A DNA stretch of 43,924 nucleotides from a virus (IMGVR_UViG_3300046479_000024:1-43924), one strand, 5' to 3'. Shown: positions 27,201 to 37,119, numbered from the stretch's first letter. The notes: generated by a model not told the origin, from the letters alone. Made by a program: numbers and translations.

Positions 27201-27838
27201 GATTCGTCCCAAGTAATTACCGAACCTGGGATTGGCGTGGTGAGATGGTAGATAACCACATAGGGATCAAAAAGTTCCGCATAGCTTATCGAAAAAGTGT
27301 ATGTGCCAATCGCCACAGTGACAGGCGGCAATGAAACCATCGAAACGATAGGCACAACTGCTGGCCCATCCTGCGTAACGCGGTCAAGATAGGTGCCATC
27401 CCATTGCAGCGGAACTTCAGCGCCGTGCAGCCCGTCAGAAATTGCGATGTAAACGCGGCCAAACGTGCCTGTGAACTTCGCATAGCTCCCCGGTGTGGAT
27501 TGGAACAGTTGCGTGTATGCGCCCGGCGTAATGCTAAAATACTCAATCCAGAGAATCCCGTTGGAGTCATAGTAGAGATTCTGAATCTGGCCGGTGGGCA
27601 GCGTGTAGCTGTACATCCCGACGATTGTCGGCACATAATCATTCGGCCCCCCAGCGGCGAAAGGAGAGACCAAACACCGCTGGAGAGCAGGCCGCGACCC
27701 GACGGAGCCGGGAGCGAACGCCACGTCGCCACAGTCCGGCGAAATGTTTTCAGGAACCGCGTTAGGCGCAACTTCACTTACCCATGACCCGTAAACTGTC
27801 AAGGGGACAGGAACCGCGCCCGTAGCGTTGATTCCCAT
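24197..27838 (-). CDS. Large tail protein (nozzle/tail tubular B-like, 1213 aa)
   Basis: Position after adaptor; beta-rich with inserted TATAHGL repeats. Confidence 0.65.
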   Translation of the reverse strand: MGINATGAVPVPLTVYGSWVSEVAPNAVPENISPDCGDVAFAPGSVGSRPALQRCLVSPFAAGGPNDYVPTIVGMYSYTLPTGQIQNLYYDSNGILWIEYFSITPGAYTQLFQSTPGSYAKFTGTFGRVYIAISDGLHGAEVPLQWDGTYLDRVTQDGPAVVPIVSMVSLPPVTVAIGTYTFSISYAELFDPYVVIYHLTTPIPGSVITWDESRATVSGNSVTQYNFTGAIAGGFQNSQGNTIAFTMLYSGPTEGTGTGGSVVIGSASSLIRSNNQVIASTATAHGLKVGYQAQLQGNGSLTVGTSITSIVINNEDNAGLATVATSTPHGLAPMEDVTITGVQPSLVGAASGWSALWNGTNVTLTLGSGVHGLVPGAVISVTDSGTPTSIFVGSFTVNTVPAPNQISYDQFSSSLGTSSVTATGLSVSITWPVPDQTMMPTYFEVQACPTPTTFQVQVTYCDGTWSSGTVGFPWDGILYVSAILGPTSFICQQQGPNGSTVETTGTVTPYGQLGPGLHLVAMCGITRQGAITAPGPFSTFISNGGQYPSVTNILPGPSNWVGRILIFTGAQPDVPGELPPFFYIPVTPMLEGQIVGTATQIDDNTTTSVLLDFSDDTLYAAIGVSIAGNNIANQIVLDGALGFGAFLSRLTTWGQRNTVQNLLNMGFDADAAGVTAPQGWTVTGTNPPTVVSLSSRPAGGQLQFIATQGAGVTTISQSAYQDCYGDPIFSPNLIYKLRLWATTNGVGGLDYIYWSLTSASTGYNQSSYAFAPATPGYIEITLSAETPDTIPADMLLSVWVSNPIGSPTVIIDELWPIPTETPYTDQLANASYVNNPEGFDGTTGEFGADDPSKLMDMEVLHSSLYLLTQAPTGRLHETSGSATNEPSGWEIDEVAANCGVLSAFGLTHSQADDTAASGGDEWMAWPSEGGAIIFGGGQVEKISQEIQPNWYDPTRPNNGLQINMADSLTAWGVNDPVQRLLMFGLPIGTATAPNRIYVLNYRNLGSAQSIANSPPFHPSFAGKLIATDNSRKWAPWHIQANCAARMYRAAGALSLVLGGGNGQTPGVTGGYGNVYTLNPAKFTDDDFGQIYPYYTTYFFIDPEKATALQLKGQRLLMAYLMAYIQPQPGDTNSQVTATYYPDDLTTPWPLSTTRVLTPGFRKDRQFGGGMCTGERIAIKISSSPINGTDNSFVMSRLTAFLRDAKLITSGVNQ

Positions 27839-27841
27839 GGA

Positions 27842-28243
27842 TTATTGCCCCTGCGGGAACCATGCTCTGAATTTCCACACTGCCGCCGCAAGAGTGGCAT
27901 TTGTAGCATATGCCTGACCTTGCGTGTACTCTGTGCCGAATGAAGTAGCGAAGCTCACTACACCGTTGGCAATCGTTGTGCCAGGGCAAAAGACGGCGTT
28001 AAAGAACGACGGCGCTGTGCCCGCAAGCGGCTGCTCGTAAATCTCCACCTTCAACGGAACCTTTGTCGAGAGCAGTCCGAAGATGTTGGCAAAGCTGCAA
28101 GTGTCGCCGTGGGTTGCCGCGCCGCCGTAGTTCCCAGAGAGCGCCAATGTGCCTTGATAAATCTGCTCACGTTCAGTTACGTCAGGAACTCCAAGGACAT
28201 TCGCCCCAGTCCCGCCGCCGTCCAATGTCGGTTTGATTGCCAT
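27842..28243 (-). CDS. Putative virion protein
   Basis: SD AAAGGAG; beta-rich. Confidence 0.65.
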   Translation of the reverse strand: MAIKPTLDGGGTGANVLGVPDVTEREQIYQGTLALSGNYGGAATHGDTCSFANIFGLLSTKVPLKVEIYEQPLAGTAPSFFNAVFCPGTTIANGVVSFATSFGTEYTQGQAYATNATLAAAVWKFRAWFPQGQ

Positions 28244-28252
28244 AGTTCTCCT

Positions 28253-29062
28253 TTACCAAACGCCTGTTCCGTACCCATCGCCGCGCCTTCCGCAGAAAGG
28301 TTGGCGCTGAGTCGGAACGCGCTGCTTTTGTGAGACTTCAATGTTGTAAATCTGCCGAGCGGCCTGTTCCGCCAGAGCCTTGAAGCCGCCAGCCGGAGTG
28401 TTTCTTGCGCCGTCAACCTCATCCGCAATGAAAAGCGCGAGTGCTGTTTTCGCCCGCATGATCGGGACCGGACGCGCAGACCAGAGGATCGACCCGTCTG
28501 GTGAGGTTACAAAATCCGGTAGATAGATCGCCAGTTCCATCCGCAAATCCATAGAATAGATCGAACCGGGCATATACAGCGTGTTGTTTTCCCATAGCCA
28601 CCAGCCGTTATAAACGCCTTTGCGCGTCTCTGGCAGTGAATCCTTTGCCATCTGCATATGAGAGAACCGCGACTGTGTTCCGGTGATCCTCTCGCTGACT
28701 TTCAACGGAAGTATCACGTTTTGCGGAAGCACGGCCACATACGGAGGCGCGTAGTTTGTGCCACTTGCATTGACGAATTGGCTCCAATTGAGGCTCGTCC
28801 AAAGCGCCGGATCAGTCGAGTCCACTACCGGATACCCAACGCCGATAAATGGCATCTTGAACGCGGAGTATCCGAGCGTGGCCAGAAAGAATTGCAACTC
28901 TCTCCAGCCAGCGTTCGTGTATTCCTGCATGAAGGGCTGCGCGTCAGTGAGAATGTCGCCAGCAAGTGAGCCGATAGTGTCCAGCATTTTTGAGCGCACC
29001 AAGTTCAAAACCGAATCCACGGTATCGAATGGTGCGCTCGGCGCTGGAGTAGGAATCGGCAT
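28253..29062 (-). CDS. Putative head-tail adaptor (tail tubular A-like)
   Basis: TVDSVLNLVRS.M.D...N.GWRELQ pattern; position. Confidence 0.6.
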   Translation of the reverse strand: MPIPTPAPSAPFDTVDSVLNLVRSKMLDTIGSLAGDILTDAQPFMQEYTNAGWRELQFFLATLGYSAFKMPFIGVGYPVVDSTDPALWTSLNWSQFVNASGTNYAPPYVAVLPQNVILPLKVSERITGTQSRFSHMQMAKDSLPETRKGVYNGWWLWENNTLYMPGSIYSMDLRMELAIYLPDFVTSPDGSILWSARPVPIMRAKTALALFIADEVDGARNTPAGGFKALAEQAARQIYNIEVSQKQRVPTQRQPFCGRRGDGYGTGVW

Positions 29063-29889
29063 TACTTCACCTTCGGTTTGGCTGCGATAGCCGACTTCAA
29101 CTGCTCATCAGCGGCCTGCAACTCCAAGTAGAGTTCCATGTTCACCACATGGCCAGCTTCGCACGTCGCCACATCGGGATCGCAGAGGCGTCCGCACATC
29201 TTGCACTTGGTACGCCCAACCGGGTTCGCATCGAGCATCCAAGGGGAATCCTGCGGGTTGTCGCGGCCAAGAATCTTTGCGGCCAGGAAGTGAACTTCGG
29301 GGCGCACGGCGCGCGCAAATAGCTTGCGGTCTGTGGCGTAAATGTCTCCCGCCCACTTCACAATCTGGCGGCACTCTTCCTCAAGAGCCAAGTGCGCGTT
29401 CCTCAACTCTTCCCGTGTCGGCACTTCATTCTCTGAAACGAAAATGCCGAAACGGACAAGGCTGCGATGCCTTGGTTTCCCAACGCCAATCATCCGGCTT
29501 GCGAAACCAAGTTTTCCATCCTCATCGGCGCCGTTGTCGTAGAGGGCCGTCATCTCATCTTCAGACTTGATGACAAACTCCTCCATAGTTTTCGAGATAG
29601 GAGATTCCCACTGTCCCGTGACCGCGTTCATCACCATCATCTCGGCATATTCATCCCCGTTGGGACACGCAGGAATGGTGAAAGTGCCAGTTGACCCGGT
29701 ATTTACAGTTTGCGCCCAGGGGCCGACATTGAAGATGTGGACTTTCTCTTTCTTCGATTCCTCAATGATCCGCAATTTGATTGGAAGGATGCGCGATCTG
29801 CCGATGGACTGCTTTTGGCCGATTGCCCTGTCCGCCACGTCCGAACGAGGAACTTTCGGTAACGCCCTGTCGATGATGCTTGAAGGCAT
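29062..29889 (-). CDS. Hypothetical protein with C-terminal CxxC zinc motif
   Basis: SD AAGGAG; CKMCG..CEAGH. Confidence 0.7.
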   Translation of the reverse strand: MPSSIIDRALPKVPRSDVADRAIGQKQSIGRSRILPIKLRIIEESKKEKVHIFNVGPWAQTVNTGSTGTFTIPACPNGDEYAEMMVMNAVTGQWESPISKTMEEFVIKSEDEMTALYDNGADEDGKLGFASRMIGVGKPRHRSLVRFGIFVSENEVPTREELRNAHLALEEECRQIVKWAGDIYATDRKLFARAVRPEVHFLAAKILGRDNPQDSPWMLDANPVGRTKCKMCGRLCDPDVATCEAGHVVNMELYLELQAADEQLKSAIAAKPKVK

Positions 29890-29899
29890 ATTCTCTCCT

Positions 29900-30595
29900 T
29901 TAGAAACCGGCTACCTGAAGTTGCCCAGAGGTAGGTTTGATTGTTCTTGCGCCGCGCACGGGTAATCCCAGGCTCCGAGCATCTTTAAGCTCAGGGAAGG
30001 ATTTTTGCGCCTTGACCCGTCCGCCGATGTTCGCAGCCCGGATACCTGATACCCGCTGACTGTCTTTCATCTTGTCGAAGTTCTGCTGAAATTTGTCCTG
30101 CTTCGCTTTTTCCGCTGCCTGCTCGATTGCTGCCCGGTTCGCGGCCTGAGAGTTGAATTTTGCCTTATTGACGAGCGCCGCTACAATTCCCGCAGCGCCA
30201 ATTTGCTCCGGCTTATTGAAAGTCCAAACCCATTGCCAATCACCGTTGGCCGGGTAAGGTCCGGTGAGGCATAGATGGGTTTTGGGGTCTTCCCATGCAG
30301 CTCGGTATTCAAGTTCCGTCTGCTTGGTAAACTCCTGGGCCGAAACCCACTTTTCCATGATCCACTTGTCGCCGATGTATTCGTAACGAGAGCAAGAACG
30401 ATAGCCGGTGAATTCAACAGCGCCCGTATTTGGGTCCGTAAACTCACCGCCTACCAGCCCGCGCACGGTCGGCGCAAAGACGATTCGGAAAAGAGGCTCA
30501 TCCCTGCCGGGGATTTTCCCGTACTGCCCCATAGACATCGTGGGGTAGTGAGTAGGCTTGGGAATCTCCCCGCAAGTTTGAATCAATTCAGACAA
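29900..30595 (-). CDS. Hypothetical protein downstream of MCP
   Basis: SD GAGAGG with TTG start. Confidence 0.7.
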   Translation of the reverse strand: MSELIQTCGEIPKPTHYPTMSMGQYGKIPGRDEPLFRIVFAPTVRGLVGGEFTDPNTGAVEFTGYRSCSRYEYIGDKWIMEKWVSAQEFTKQTELEYRAAWEDPKTHLCLTGPYPANGDWQWVWTFNKPEQIGAAGIVAALVNKAKFNSQAANRAAIEQAAEKAKQDKFQQNFDKMKDSQRVSGIRAANIGGRVKAQKSFPELKDARSLGLPVRGARTIKPTSGQLQVAGF

Positions 30596-30620
30596 GTTTG
30601 AACCTCTCTGTTACCGCAAG

Positions 30621-31892
30621 TTATTGACCGTAAAGGCCGTGTTCTATCGCAATTCCGTTTAAGAAGGCGTTCATTCTCGTTTGCACCCACACGAGGTTAA
30701 GCTCGGCCACCATGTAGAAAACCAGCCCGGAAGCCTGACCGCCCGACTGCCCGATGAGGCCGAAGAGGGTCTGACTGCCGACGTCGTAGAAATCGATGGA
30801 CTTGGTTTCGACCATGGAAGCGTTCTTGAGCGCGAGGAAGTCGATGTACCCCGGCACAGCGCGTTCGTTGATGAGCCAACGCCGCCCAGCGATGGTTGTT
30901 GAGGCTTCCCGCTTGAGCATATCCTCGGATTCGGAACCCTTCATCTCAGCCATATTGATGTGCTGGACGAGGAGCGCGTTCATCTCCCAGGCGTTCTGCT
31001 CGTTGACGGTTGCATGGGCTACAAGCTCATCAGCATCCGCTTTCTTCTTGCCCATTGCCAACTGAATTTGGGAATGGATGGCGCGGACGATCTGAGGGGT
31101 CAAGGCACCGTTGACGGGAATGTTCTGGGCAATGTACTTGCCAGACCACGCCGCGCGCTGTACGGTCAGCCAGTTGCCGGTATCGGTGGCCACCTGATAG
31201 TAGCGAAGGCCGTTCAAGCCAGTGTTGGCCTGCCCAGAAGCTCCATTGACCATCAGCTTCATGCCGACAGTAATTGTTCCGGCGGGAACCGGATTCAGCA
31301 ACAGGATTTGGTTCAGAGAAATATCGGAATCCTGTACTGTGATGGTTGTCACAAACGCACCGCCGACCGCTGTCCAAACGTCAATATCCTCATCGTCAAG
31401 GAACAGATTGGCGGAATTGACGCCAAGGGCGGTGATGTTGCCGCCAGAGGTCACGATGCTGGTAACGGTGTCAATGGTGTTGGAAGCATCGCCTTGGAGG
31501 ACGGTTTCGAGGAAGTCGGCAAACCGCTCCGGCGCAAGAGTGCGCGTGAGGGTAGCGAAGTTCTCGATTGCCTTTTCGTCGGTGTCGGTCGCGTATTCCG
31601 CCTGTTTGGTATAGCTGAAGGCGTGAATGTAGCAAACCGGGGTGATCTGGCCGGGAACCTGAGTGGGCCCGGAGCCAATGCCCATGTCAACGCCGTTCAT
31701 GTTGCCAACACGGGGCTTGCCGCCGAGAGACGGCATGGTGGGAATCCTCGAAGGCCGGTCACTAACCGCCTTGATTTTGGATTTCTGGATTTCCTTCAAC
31801 AGGACGGATTGCGAGAGAACGTAGTTCTCAAGTTCCGGTCTGACGTACTCTTGCTCGGAAGCAAGAGCCTGTGCCGCATCTGCGATAGCCAT
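30621..31892 (-). CDS. Major capsid protein
   Basis: 423 aa, after portal/scaffold, strong codon bias, long structured leader. Confidence 0.8.
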   Translation of the reverse strand: MAIADAAQALASEQEYVRPELENYVLSQSVLLKEIQKSKIKAVSDRPSRIPTMPSLGGKPRVGNMNGVDMGIGSGPTQVPGQITPVCYIHAFSYTKQAEYATDTDEKAIENFATLTRTLAPERFADFLETVLQGDASNTIDTVTSIVTSGGNITALGVNSANLFLDDEDIDVWTAVGGAFVTTITVQDSDISLNQILLLNPVPAGTITVGMKLMVNGASGQANTGLNGLRYYQVATDTGNWLTVQRAAWSGKYIAQNIPVNGALTPQIVRAIHSQIQLAMGKKKADADELVAHATVNEQNAWEMNALLVQHINMAEMKGSESEDMLKREASTTIAGRRWLINERAVPGYIDFLALKNASMVETKSIDFYDVGSQTLFGLIGQSGGQASGLVFYMVAELNLVWVQTRMNAFLNGIAIEHGLYGQ

Positions 31893-31945
31893 GAAAATAA
31901 CCTCTTTTTGAGATCATCTCCACGCCCTCTTCGCTTCCCGTATGG

Positions 31946-32059
31946 GAGAGCCAGCACGAGTGCCGCTGTAGCTTTCGCGTGTTCCGATGTACTACGCCGT
32001 CGTCTCGATTATTTCCTCCCCAATCGGGTAAGGCCGGTATGCGTAGCCCGGATACGGGT
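31946..32059 (-). ncRNA. Structured 5' leader of MCP gene
   Basis: Closing CCCGUAU/AUACGGG; inner CUACGC/GCGUAG, CGAUU/AAUCG, GC-GAAA-GC, CAGC/GCUG. Confidence 0.5.
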
Positions 32060-32093
32060 GAAACTTCGGCTGAAAACAATATATCATAGTCTG

Positions 32094-32612
32094 TCAAGCC
32101 AGCGACATTTGAGCTAAAACAACGCCTGTCGCTTCTTTCCATGCCATCATTCTTGAAATCTCATCAACAGCCAATTCGGGATGTTGGGAGATTATTTCTT
32201 TATATACCGGCTTGATTCTAGCTTTCAATTTAGCTTGGGGGCTTTTCCCCATCCTGAGAACATCTTCCTCCATGTTTCTGAATTTAGAGTAAATAGACCC
32301 TTCATCTCCTAATTTGAAGATTTTCTCTGTAAACCACGGATATTCACTATGTTCAATAATTGCTTTCACTTCCAGCCAATCGAAGCCAAACCATTCTCCA
32401 TTGATTCGATTGGCTGAGAATTTTTGGTGCATTTGCCATTCAGCATCAAGGGCGTCGTGGGAACGCCAGATTGCATAAATATCTACCCGGAATGGGAGCA
32501 GAACTCCGATATTCTCAACGCGCAGATGTGGGATGTAGCTTCGGCCAATCTTGTACCAGCCGAACCTTTCTGTACCGATGAAATAGATGTATCCTGATCT
32601 TGGGGTTGGCAT
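32094..32612 (-). CDS. GIY-YIG/T5orf172-family endonuclease (start ATG 32612)
   Basis: GYIYFIG...YKIGRS...E..MHQKF...RINGEWF; lower GC; SD GGAGG. Confidence 0.85.
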   Translation of the reverse strand: MPTPRSGYIYFIGTERFGWYKIGRSYIPHLRVENIGVLLPFRVDIYAIWRSHDALDAEWQMHQKFSANRINGEWFGFDWLEVKAIIEHSEYPWFTEKIFKLGDEGSIYSKFRNMEEDVLRMGKSPQAKLKARIKPVYKEIISQHPELAVDEISRMMAWKEATGVVLAQMSLA

Positions 32613-32672
32613 TGACGGCCCTCCATGGCCTGAGATGTGTGGGCGCGCAAACGCCCACAACCCCATTATAAC

Positions 32673-33974
32673 CTACTTCCTCTTCCACTTCACCGGCTTT
32701 GCACGCCCCACGATGTAGGCGGTGTTGTCAGCCTGTATGCCCCCGCGCCGGAAGTCTACTTTGAGGCCGAGGCGGGTAGGAGAATCGGAAATCCACTCAA
32801 ACTTGTTGTTGTCCGTCTGCTGCTGGGCCTGTGCGCCGGTTTTCTGCGCTTGCTGGCCTGTTGCCGCAGCCTTCTTGCCCTGCCCGGCCTTGCGCTTCGC
32901 CAGAACGTCGTCCACGGCCCGCTTGACGGCACCGGGGATGATTTTCTTATGCTCGGATTCCACCGTCATGCTGTACGAAGTCTTGTTTTTGGCCTTGAGT
33001 AAGCTCTTAATCTTTCCCTGATAGGCTGTGTTCGCGGTCACACGCGCATTTATCTCGGTTCGCACAGCGTTGCGGATAGAGTTCGCCTCTGCCGGTGTGA
33101 ATTTCACGCTTGGGGCAATCTTTTTGATCTCGTTCACAGTAAAAGACTCTGAACGGGGACGAATCTCGCGCAACCACTCGTCATGCAGGACGTTCATCTC
33201 CCGCTGCTCAAGATTATTGCCCTCTGTTCCGATTTTCGTGCCCGGTTGCTGGCCTTGAATGGCTTTTGGCGCTATCGGGTTCCTGGCGGTCGTGTTGATC
33301 TGCTCCACAACGCCCTTGATTGCCTTAAATGCCTCAATTACCGTCTGCAGGTTGGGGTCATCGGAAGTTTGCGGCAAAACGCGTTCCAAAAGAGCAAGTT
33401 GTAGTGGAATCCCCGCATTACCCAGATACCCGGATACAGATTTGCAGATGTAAGCCGAGAATCCCTCTGGATTCACATCAGCAAAGCGGTCCATCGCCGC
33501 AGGAATCAGCTTTTGGAAGCTCTCAGGGTTGGCTTCGACCATCTGGTTGATAAGTTTGGGGTCGCCAGCCTGGAATGCGTTGTCATAATCGCGCCAGAAT
33601 GACCGCTCGGCCAGAGTATTCGAGATTACCTGCTCAATCGGCGTTGATCCCGGCACATACTCGGCATCGTCGGTATTGTCGTCAAGCTGCTCCATCAGCT
33701 TTAGCCGCTCAACGGTTTTTGCAACGCCATCAGGAAGCAGTTTTCTGGATTCTTCCCAATGATGCAGCGCCTTTTTAACCTCGCGGTGCAAATCTGGAGA
33801 ATCTTTCAGCTTGTCCTTGAGTTGCTTCCAAGTACTCGCGGCCGACGCTGGTTCACCGTCAACCGACTGCGCCTGTTCCGCACCTTCAACTTCCGCTTCG
33901 GCTCCCTGCTCAACTTCTTCCGCGCCCTCAGATTCGAGTTCCGCGCCTACGTCAAGTACCGCTTCATCTGGCAT
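32673..33974 (-). CDS. Putative scaffolding protein
   Basis: Acidic N-terminus, helical, basic C-terminus; between portal and MCP. Confidence 0.65.
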   Translation of the reverse strand: MPDEAVLDVGAELESEGAEEVEQGAEAEVEGAEQAQSVDGEPASAASTWKQLKDKLKDSPDLHREVKKALHHWEESRKLLPDGVAKTVERLKLMEQLDDNTDDAEYVPGSTPIEQVISNTLAERSFWRDYDNAFQAGDPKLINQMVEANPESFQKLIPAAMDRFADVNPEGFSAYICKSVSGYLGNAGIPLQLALLERVLPQTSDDPNLQTVIEAFKAIKGVVEQINTTARNPIAPKAIQGQQPGTKIGTEGNNLEQREMNVLHDEWLREIRPRSESFTVNEIKKIAPSVKFTPAEANSIRNAVRTEINARVTANTAYQGKIKSLLKAKNKTSYSMTVESEHKKIIPGAVKRAVDDVLAKRKAGQGKKAAATGQQAQKTGAQAQQQTDNNKFEWISDSPTRLGLKVDFRRGGIQADNTAYIVGRAKPVKWKRK

Positions 33975-33988
33975 TTCTCTCTCTCCTT

Positions 33989-36322
33989 TTAGACTGTTGC
34001 CGTTCCCCGCGTTCCCGGTGCTGCCGCGTTCTTTTGTACGGAACTCTGCGCCTCTGGTGCCGCTTCTTTGATTCCCGCCTGGGCATTCATTTGAACTTTG
34101 TCTTGCTCTGGTTCATCTTTGAAGTTTATCGACTCGCTCGGAGGCTTCATCTGCTGTTGAGCTTGGGCCGCTGCCTGGGCCTGAGCCGCCATCATCTGAT
34201 CGTGAACCGCTTTGTGCATCCTCACGTTTTGGATACCGAGTGCGGCACGTTTCAAGGCATCTTCGGGTGCTTCCCCATCTTCCGGCTGAGCTACATTCAT
34301 CCTCAACCAGCAATCCTCGCTCGATAGGTATTCTTGGCACTTTGCTGACTCCCACTTGTGATAATCGTCTTGCTCTGGCATTATTGACGGCTGCGGCTGT
34401 GGAGGAGCATACGGCGGGGCTGGTAAACCTTGCTGCTCAGCCTGTAATGCCTGCTCCGCGTGTTGAACCGCATATTGAGCAATTTCCTCTGGCGCTGGAA
34501 TGTTTGGCGGTTCCTGCAAAAGTAGTTCAAGCTCTCTCGCCTGCTTCTTGTACGCGATTGCCGGGATGAACACCAAGTCCTGATTGCCATTGAGTTCGAT
34601 GAACTCCTCCCAGTTGTCGGGTGACTCGAAGAGCGCTTGCCCAACCGGAGAAGCGGCGGCCATCTTCACAAGGTCGGTAAGATTCGCCCGCTTCGCCGCC
34701 GTAGTCTCCGGGAAAGATGAATCGGACACATGGGAATGGAACTTGCCCTTTTTCAGCCGTTCCATCTTTACGGTGATCTTCGCACCATCCTTACCAACGA
34801 CTGCTATCTCCGTTCCATGATCGGGATTCTTGGATGCCAGCCGCGCCGCCTTCTCTGCGATCCCCGCGAATAGAATCTGCAAATATCCCCACGATGGGCC
34901 GAGCATCCCCATTGCCTGAGAACGCTCCATTGCTGTCTTTGATGCAGGGTCGCCAGACTTAGATTCCCCCTGAAGGACAGGCATCGATCCGGAAATATCC
35001 TGCGACACTGGCCCACGAAGCTCTTCAATCGCCTCATCGAATCCCTCTGGAGGAGCCGCGGGAGGTTCGCGGTAAACTATCTGCTTCCCAATCTCCTGGT
35101 CTGGTGGTCCCTCTTTCAAAAGAATGTAATCATTTGGCCGTGATCGCTGATTTGAGATTGCCTGATAATCTTCGTCGCTGCCCCGGAAATACGTTACACT
35201 CCAGCCAGTTTCGTAATTCTCCCTCTTGGCGTTCATGTAGTCGTTGTAGGCATCTTGGACAACCTTCATTGGCTCCATCAGCGCCCCGCCGGTCATGCCA
35301 TCGCGCTCCATCGGGAACACAATATCAATCGCATCGTCAGGGCACTCATTCCAGCTTTCTGAGTACGACTTGCCTACATATTTGACATGGCACCCATCAG
35401 GGAACAGTTGCAGGAACTTGTCTCGATAAGTGAACTCTTTGCCATCATCGCGCACGTCTTTTTCATCAGCGCCCGGATAAGCAGAATCGAACATCTTGTC
35501 TTGGAACACTTCAGGGCGAAGGAAACCGTTCAACTCGGTCGTAAGGTAATTCAGCGCCAGACCGGTAAGGAAAAATCCCTTTTTCGCTTGCTTGACTCCA
35601 ATTCGCGCAAAGCGATTCCAGTCCGATTCGCCAATAGACGACTCCCCGGCGGTGATCTTCGAGCGAATCCACTCATTCTGTGCTTTTAGGGTAAGAACAT
35701 TCTTATCGTCAAACAGGAAGCAGTACGGCGCGTCGGACCAGCACTTGCAGACAATGGGAACCTTGGACTCCATTGTTCCGTAAATGTCCGCCGTCTCCAT
35801 TGAGCGCGGCTCATCCTCATCATTCAAGCCAAAACGCGCCTTGGATTTTAGCGTGTGCGTCCATGCGATTGTCCGGCCCGACATTCCCATCATGTAAGAG
35901 ACGCGCTTTTGAATCCTCTTTACCGCGCCACCTTTTTCCGACTGGTCGAATATCTCCCAGAACCCTTCTGCGGTCTCAGATGCCTCGATAGACTCAGAAT
36001 CCTGCTTATCCGCCGCGAACCCAATGCCAGGAGGATTTTGTGTCAGCACTGCATCGAGCGAACGCCAACGTGCGCGGAAGATATTGTAAGCCCCCATAAA
36101 CATTGGGCATTGCACATTCTGGCCGTTGCCAATGTCAACATATCCGCCAGCCGTACCAACCTGGTAAACACCTGTTGACCAGTTGGGGTAAACGTGCTGG
36201 ATTCCATCGTAATAGAAGCGCATGATGCGGTCGAGCAGCACTTCGATGCGCCGGTCGTACATTTCCTGGTCTTGGAGTTTCTTTACGATGCCTTCTAGCT
36301 TGTCAGTCAAGTCTTGAGGCAT
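33989..36322 (-). CDS. Portal protein (possibly starting at ATC 36430)
   Basis: 777 aa after terL region; Gln/Pro-rich P22-like C-terminus. Confidence 0.8.
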   Translation of the reverse strand: MPQDLTDKLEGIVKKLQDQEMYDRRIEVLLDRIMRFYYDGIQHVYPNWSTGVYQVGTAGGYVDIGNGQNVQCPMFMGAYNIFRARWRSLDAVLTQNPPGIGFAADKQDSESIEASETAEGFWEIFDQSEKGGAVKRIQKRVSYMMGMSGRTIAWTHTLKSKARFGLNDEDEPRSMETADIYGTMESKVPIVCKCWSDAPYCFLFDDKNVLTLKAQNEWIRSKITAGESSIGESDWNRFARIGVKQAKKGFFLTGLALNYLTTELNGFLRPEVFQDKMFDSAYPGADEKDVRDDGKEFTYRDKFLQLFPDGCHVKYVGKSYSESWNECPDDAIDIVFPMERDGMTGGALMEPMKVVQDAYNDYMNAKRENYETGWSVTYFRGSDEDYQAISNQRSRPNDYILLKEGPPDQEIGKQIVYREPPAAPPEGFDEAIEELRGPVSQDISGSMPVLQGESKSGDPASKTAMERSQAMGMLGPSWGYLQILFAGIAEKAARLASKNPDHGTEIAVVGKDGAKITVKMERLKKGKFHSHVSDSSFPETTAAKRANLTDLVKMAAASPVGQALFESPDNWEEFIELNGNQDLVFIPAIAYKKQARELELLLQEPPNIPAPEEIAQYAVQHAEQALQAEQQGLPAPPYAPPQPQPSIMPEQDDYHKWESAKCQEYLSSEDCWLRMNVAQPEDGEAPEDALKRAALGIQNVRMHKAVHDQMMAAQAQAAAQAQQQMKPPSESINFKDEPEQDKVQMNAQAGIKEAAPEAQSSVQKNAAAPGTRGTATV

Positions 36323-36419
36323 ATCCCGGTTATTCTCGCCGTAGGTTGGCGGATCATCGGGCTGTGGAACCGAGTCCAGGCCGGTTTCGTCCGCTTCAAG
36401 TCCATCCGGGAGTAGGGCG

Positions 36420-36701
36420 TTAGTTGCGATTTGCGGCCTCGATTCCCAAGTTCACCACATCCTCACGCGCTAGAATCGCCGCCATTGCCCTTGCAATCAC
36501 GTCACAGCACGGCTTTCCGTCGGTAATCATACTCAGGCAGTACGGGCATTGAATCAGGCAGTCCTTGGGCGACAACCGCGCTTCCCGCATCTGCTTCCAC
36601 ACGTAATCGAGCTTTTGCTGTCCGGTCATGCACTGGCAGCACGGCCCTTGCGTGAGGGCGTTCCATGCGTGGCGTACACAGTATGCGCCGTTGTGGTTCA
36701 T
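36420..36701 (-). CDS. Cys-rich hypothetical protein
   Basis: ATGA coupling; CPYC, CC motifs. Confidence 0.65.
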   Translation of the reverse strand: MNHNGAYCVRHAWNALTQGPCCQCMTGQQKLDYVWKQMREARLSPKDCLIQCPYCLSMITDGKPCCDVIARAMAAILAREDVVNLGIEAANRN

Positions 36702-36901
36702 CGCTGATACAACTTTCCCCGCGCCTTGGACTTGATGCGCTCGGCTTCCGATTCGCTGATGTTGCCAGCGTGTTCGCTGCGGGTTGCGCCGCTGATCGCC
36801 AGTCGAGCGTGTGTGGCATCATTGACTGGGAAGCTGCGCCCAGGTCCGGCAAAGGAACTCTTCGGCATCTTCTTGCGGTCTGCTGCATAGAGTTTGCTCA
36901 T
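36698..36901 (-). CDS. Small basic protein (RKKMPKSSFAGPGRSFPVNDATHARLA)
   Basis: Motif family common in phage head modules. Confidence 0.75.
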   Translation of the reverse strand: MSKLYAADRKKMPKSSFAGPGRSFPVNDATHARLAISGATRSEHAGNISESEAERIKSKARGKLYQR

Positions 36902-37119
36902 CGCTCATCTCGCATGATGTCTGCAACAAGCTCTTGCGGTTCTCGTTCATCCTCAAGCAACAAAGAAGATGATTCCACACAGATTGCAGACTTGGTTCTT
37001 GGACGAAATGTTAAATCTTTCACAATTGGGTGGTTAAGAGGTACAACAGATGCTACATCGGAAAGCCATACCCAAGCGCCTCCAATCAAAACCATTTTGT
37101 CGTCTTTATCTCGCGCCAT
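36898..37119 (-). CDS. Low-GC inserted hypothetical gene (73 aa)
   Basis: SD AAGGGG; overlaps both neighbours. Confidence 0.6.
   Translation of the reverse strand: MARDKDDKMVLIGGAWVWLSDVASVVPLNHPIVKDLTFRPRTKSAICVESSSLLLEDEREPQELVADIMRDER

Noticed and set aside
32077-32097. TTGACA...TATATT as a -35/-10 pair upstream of MCP
   Set aside because: Spacer is only 8 bp; kept only as a possible extended -10 promoter.
30960-32117. 385-aa plus-strand ORF opposite the MCP
   Set aside because: Antisense shadow produced by strong codon bias of the capsid gene.
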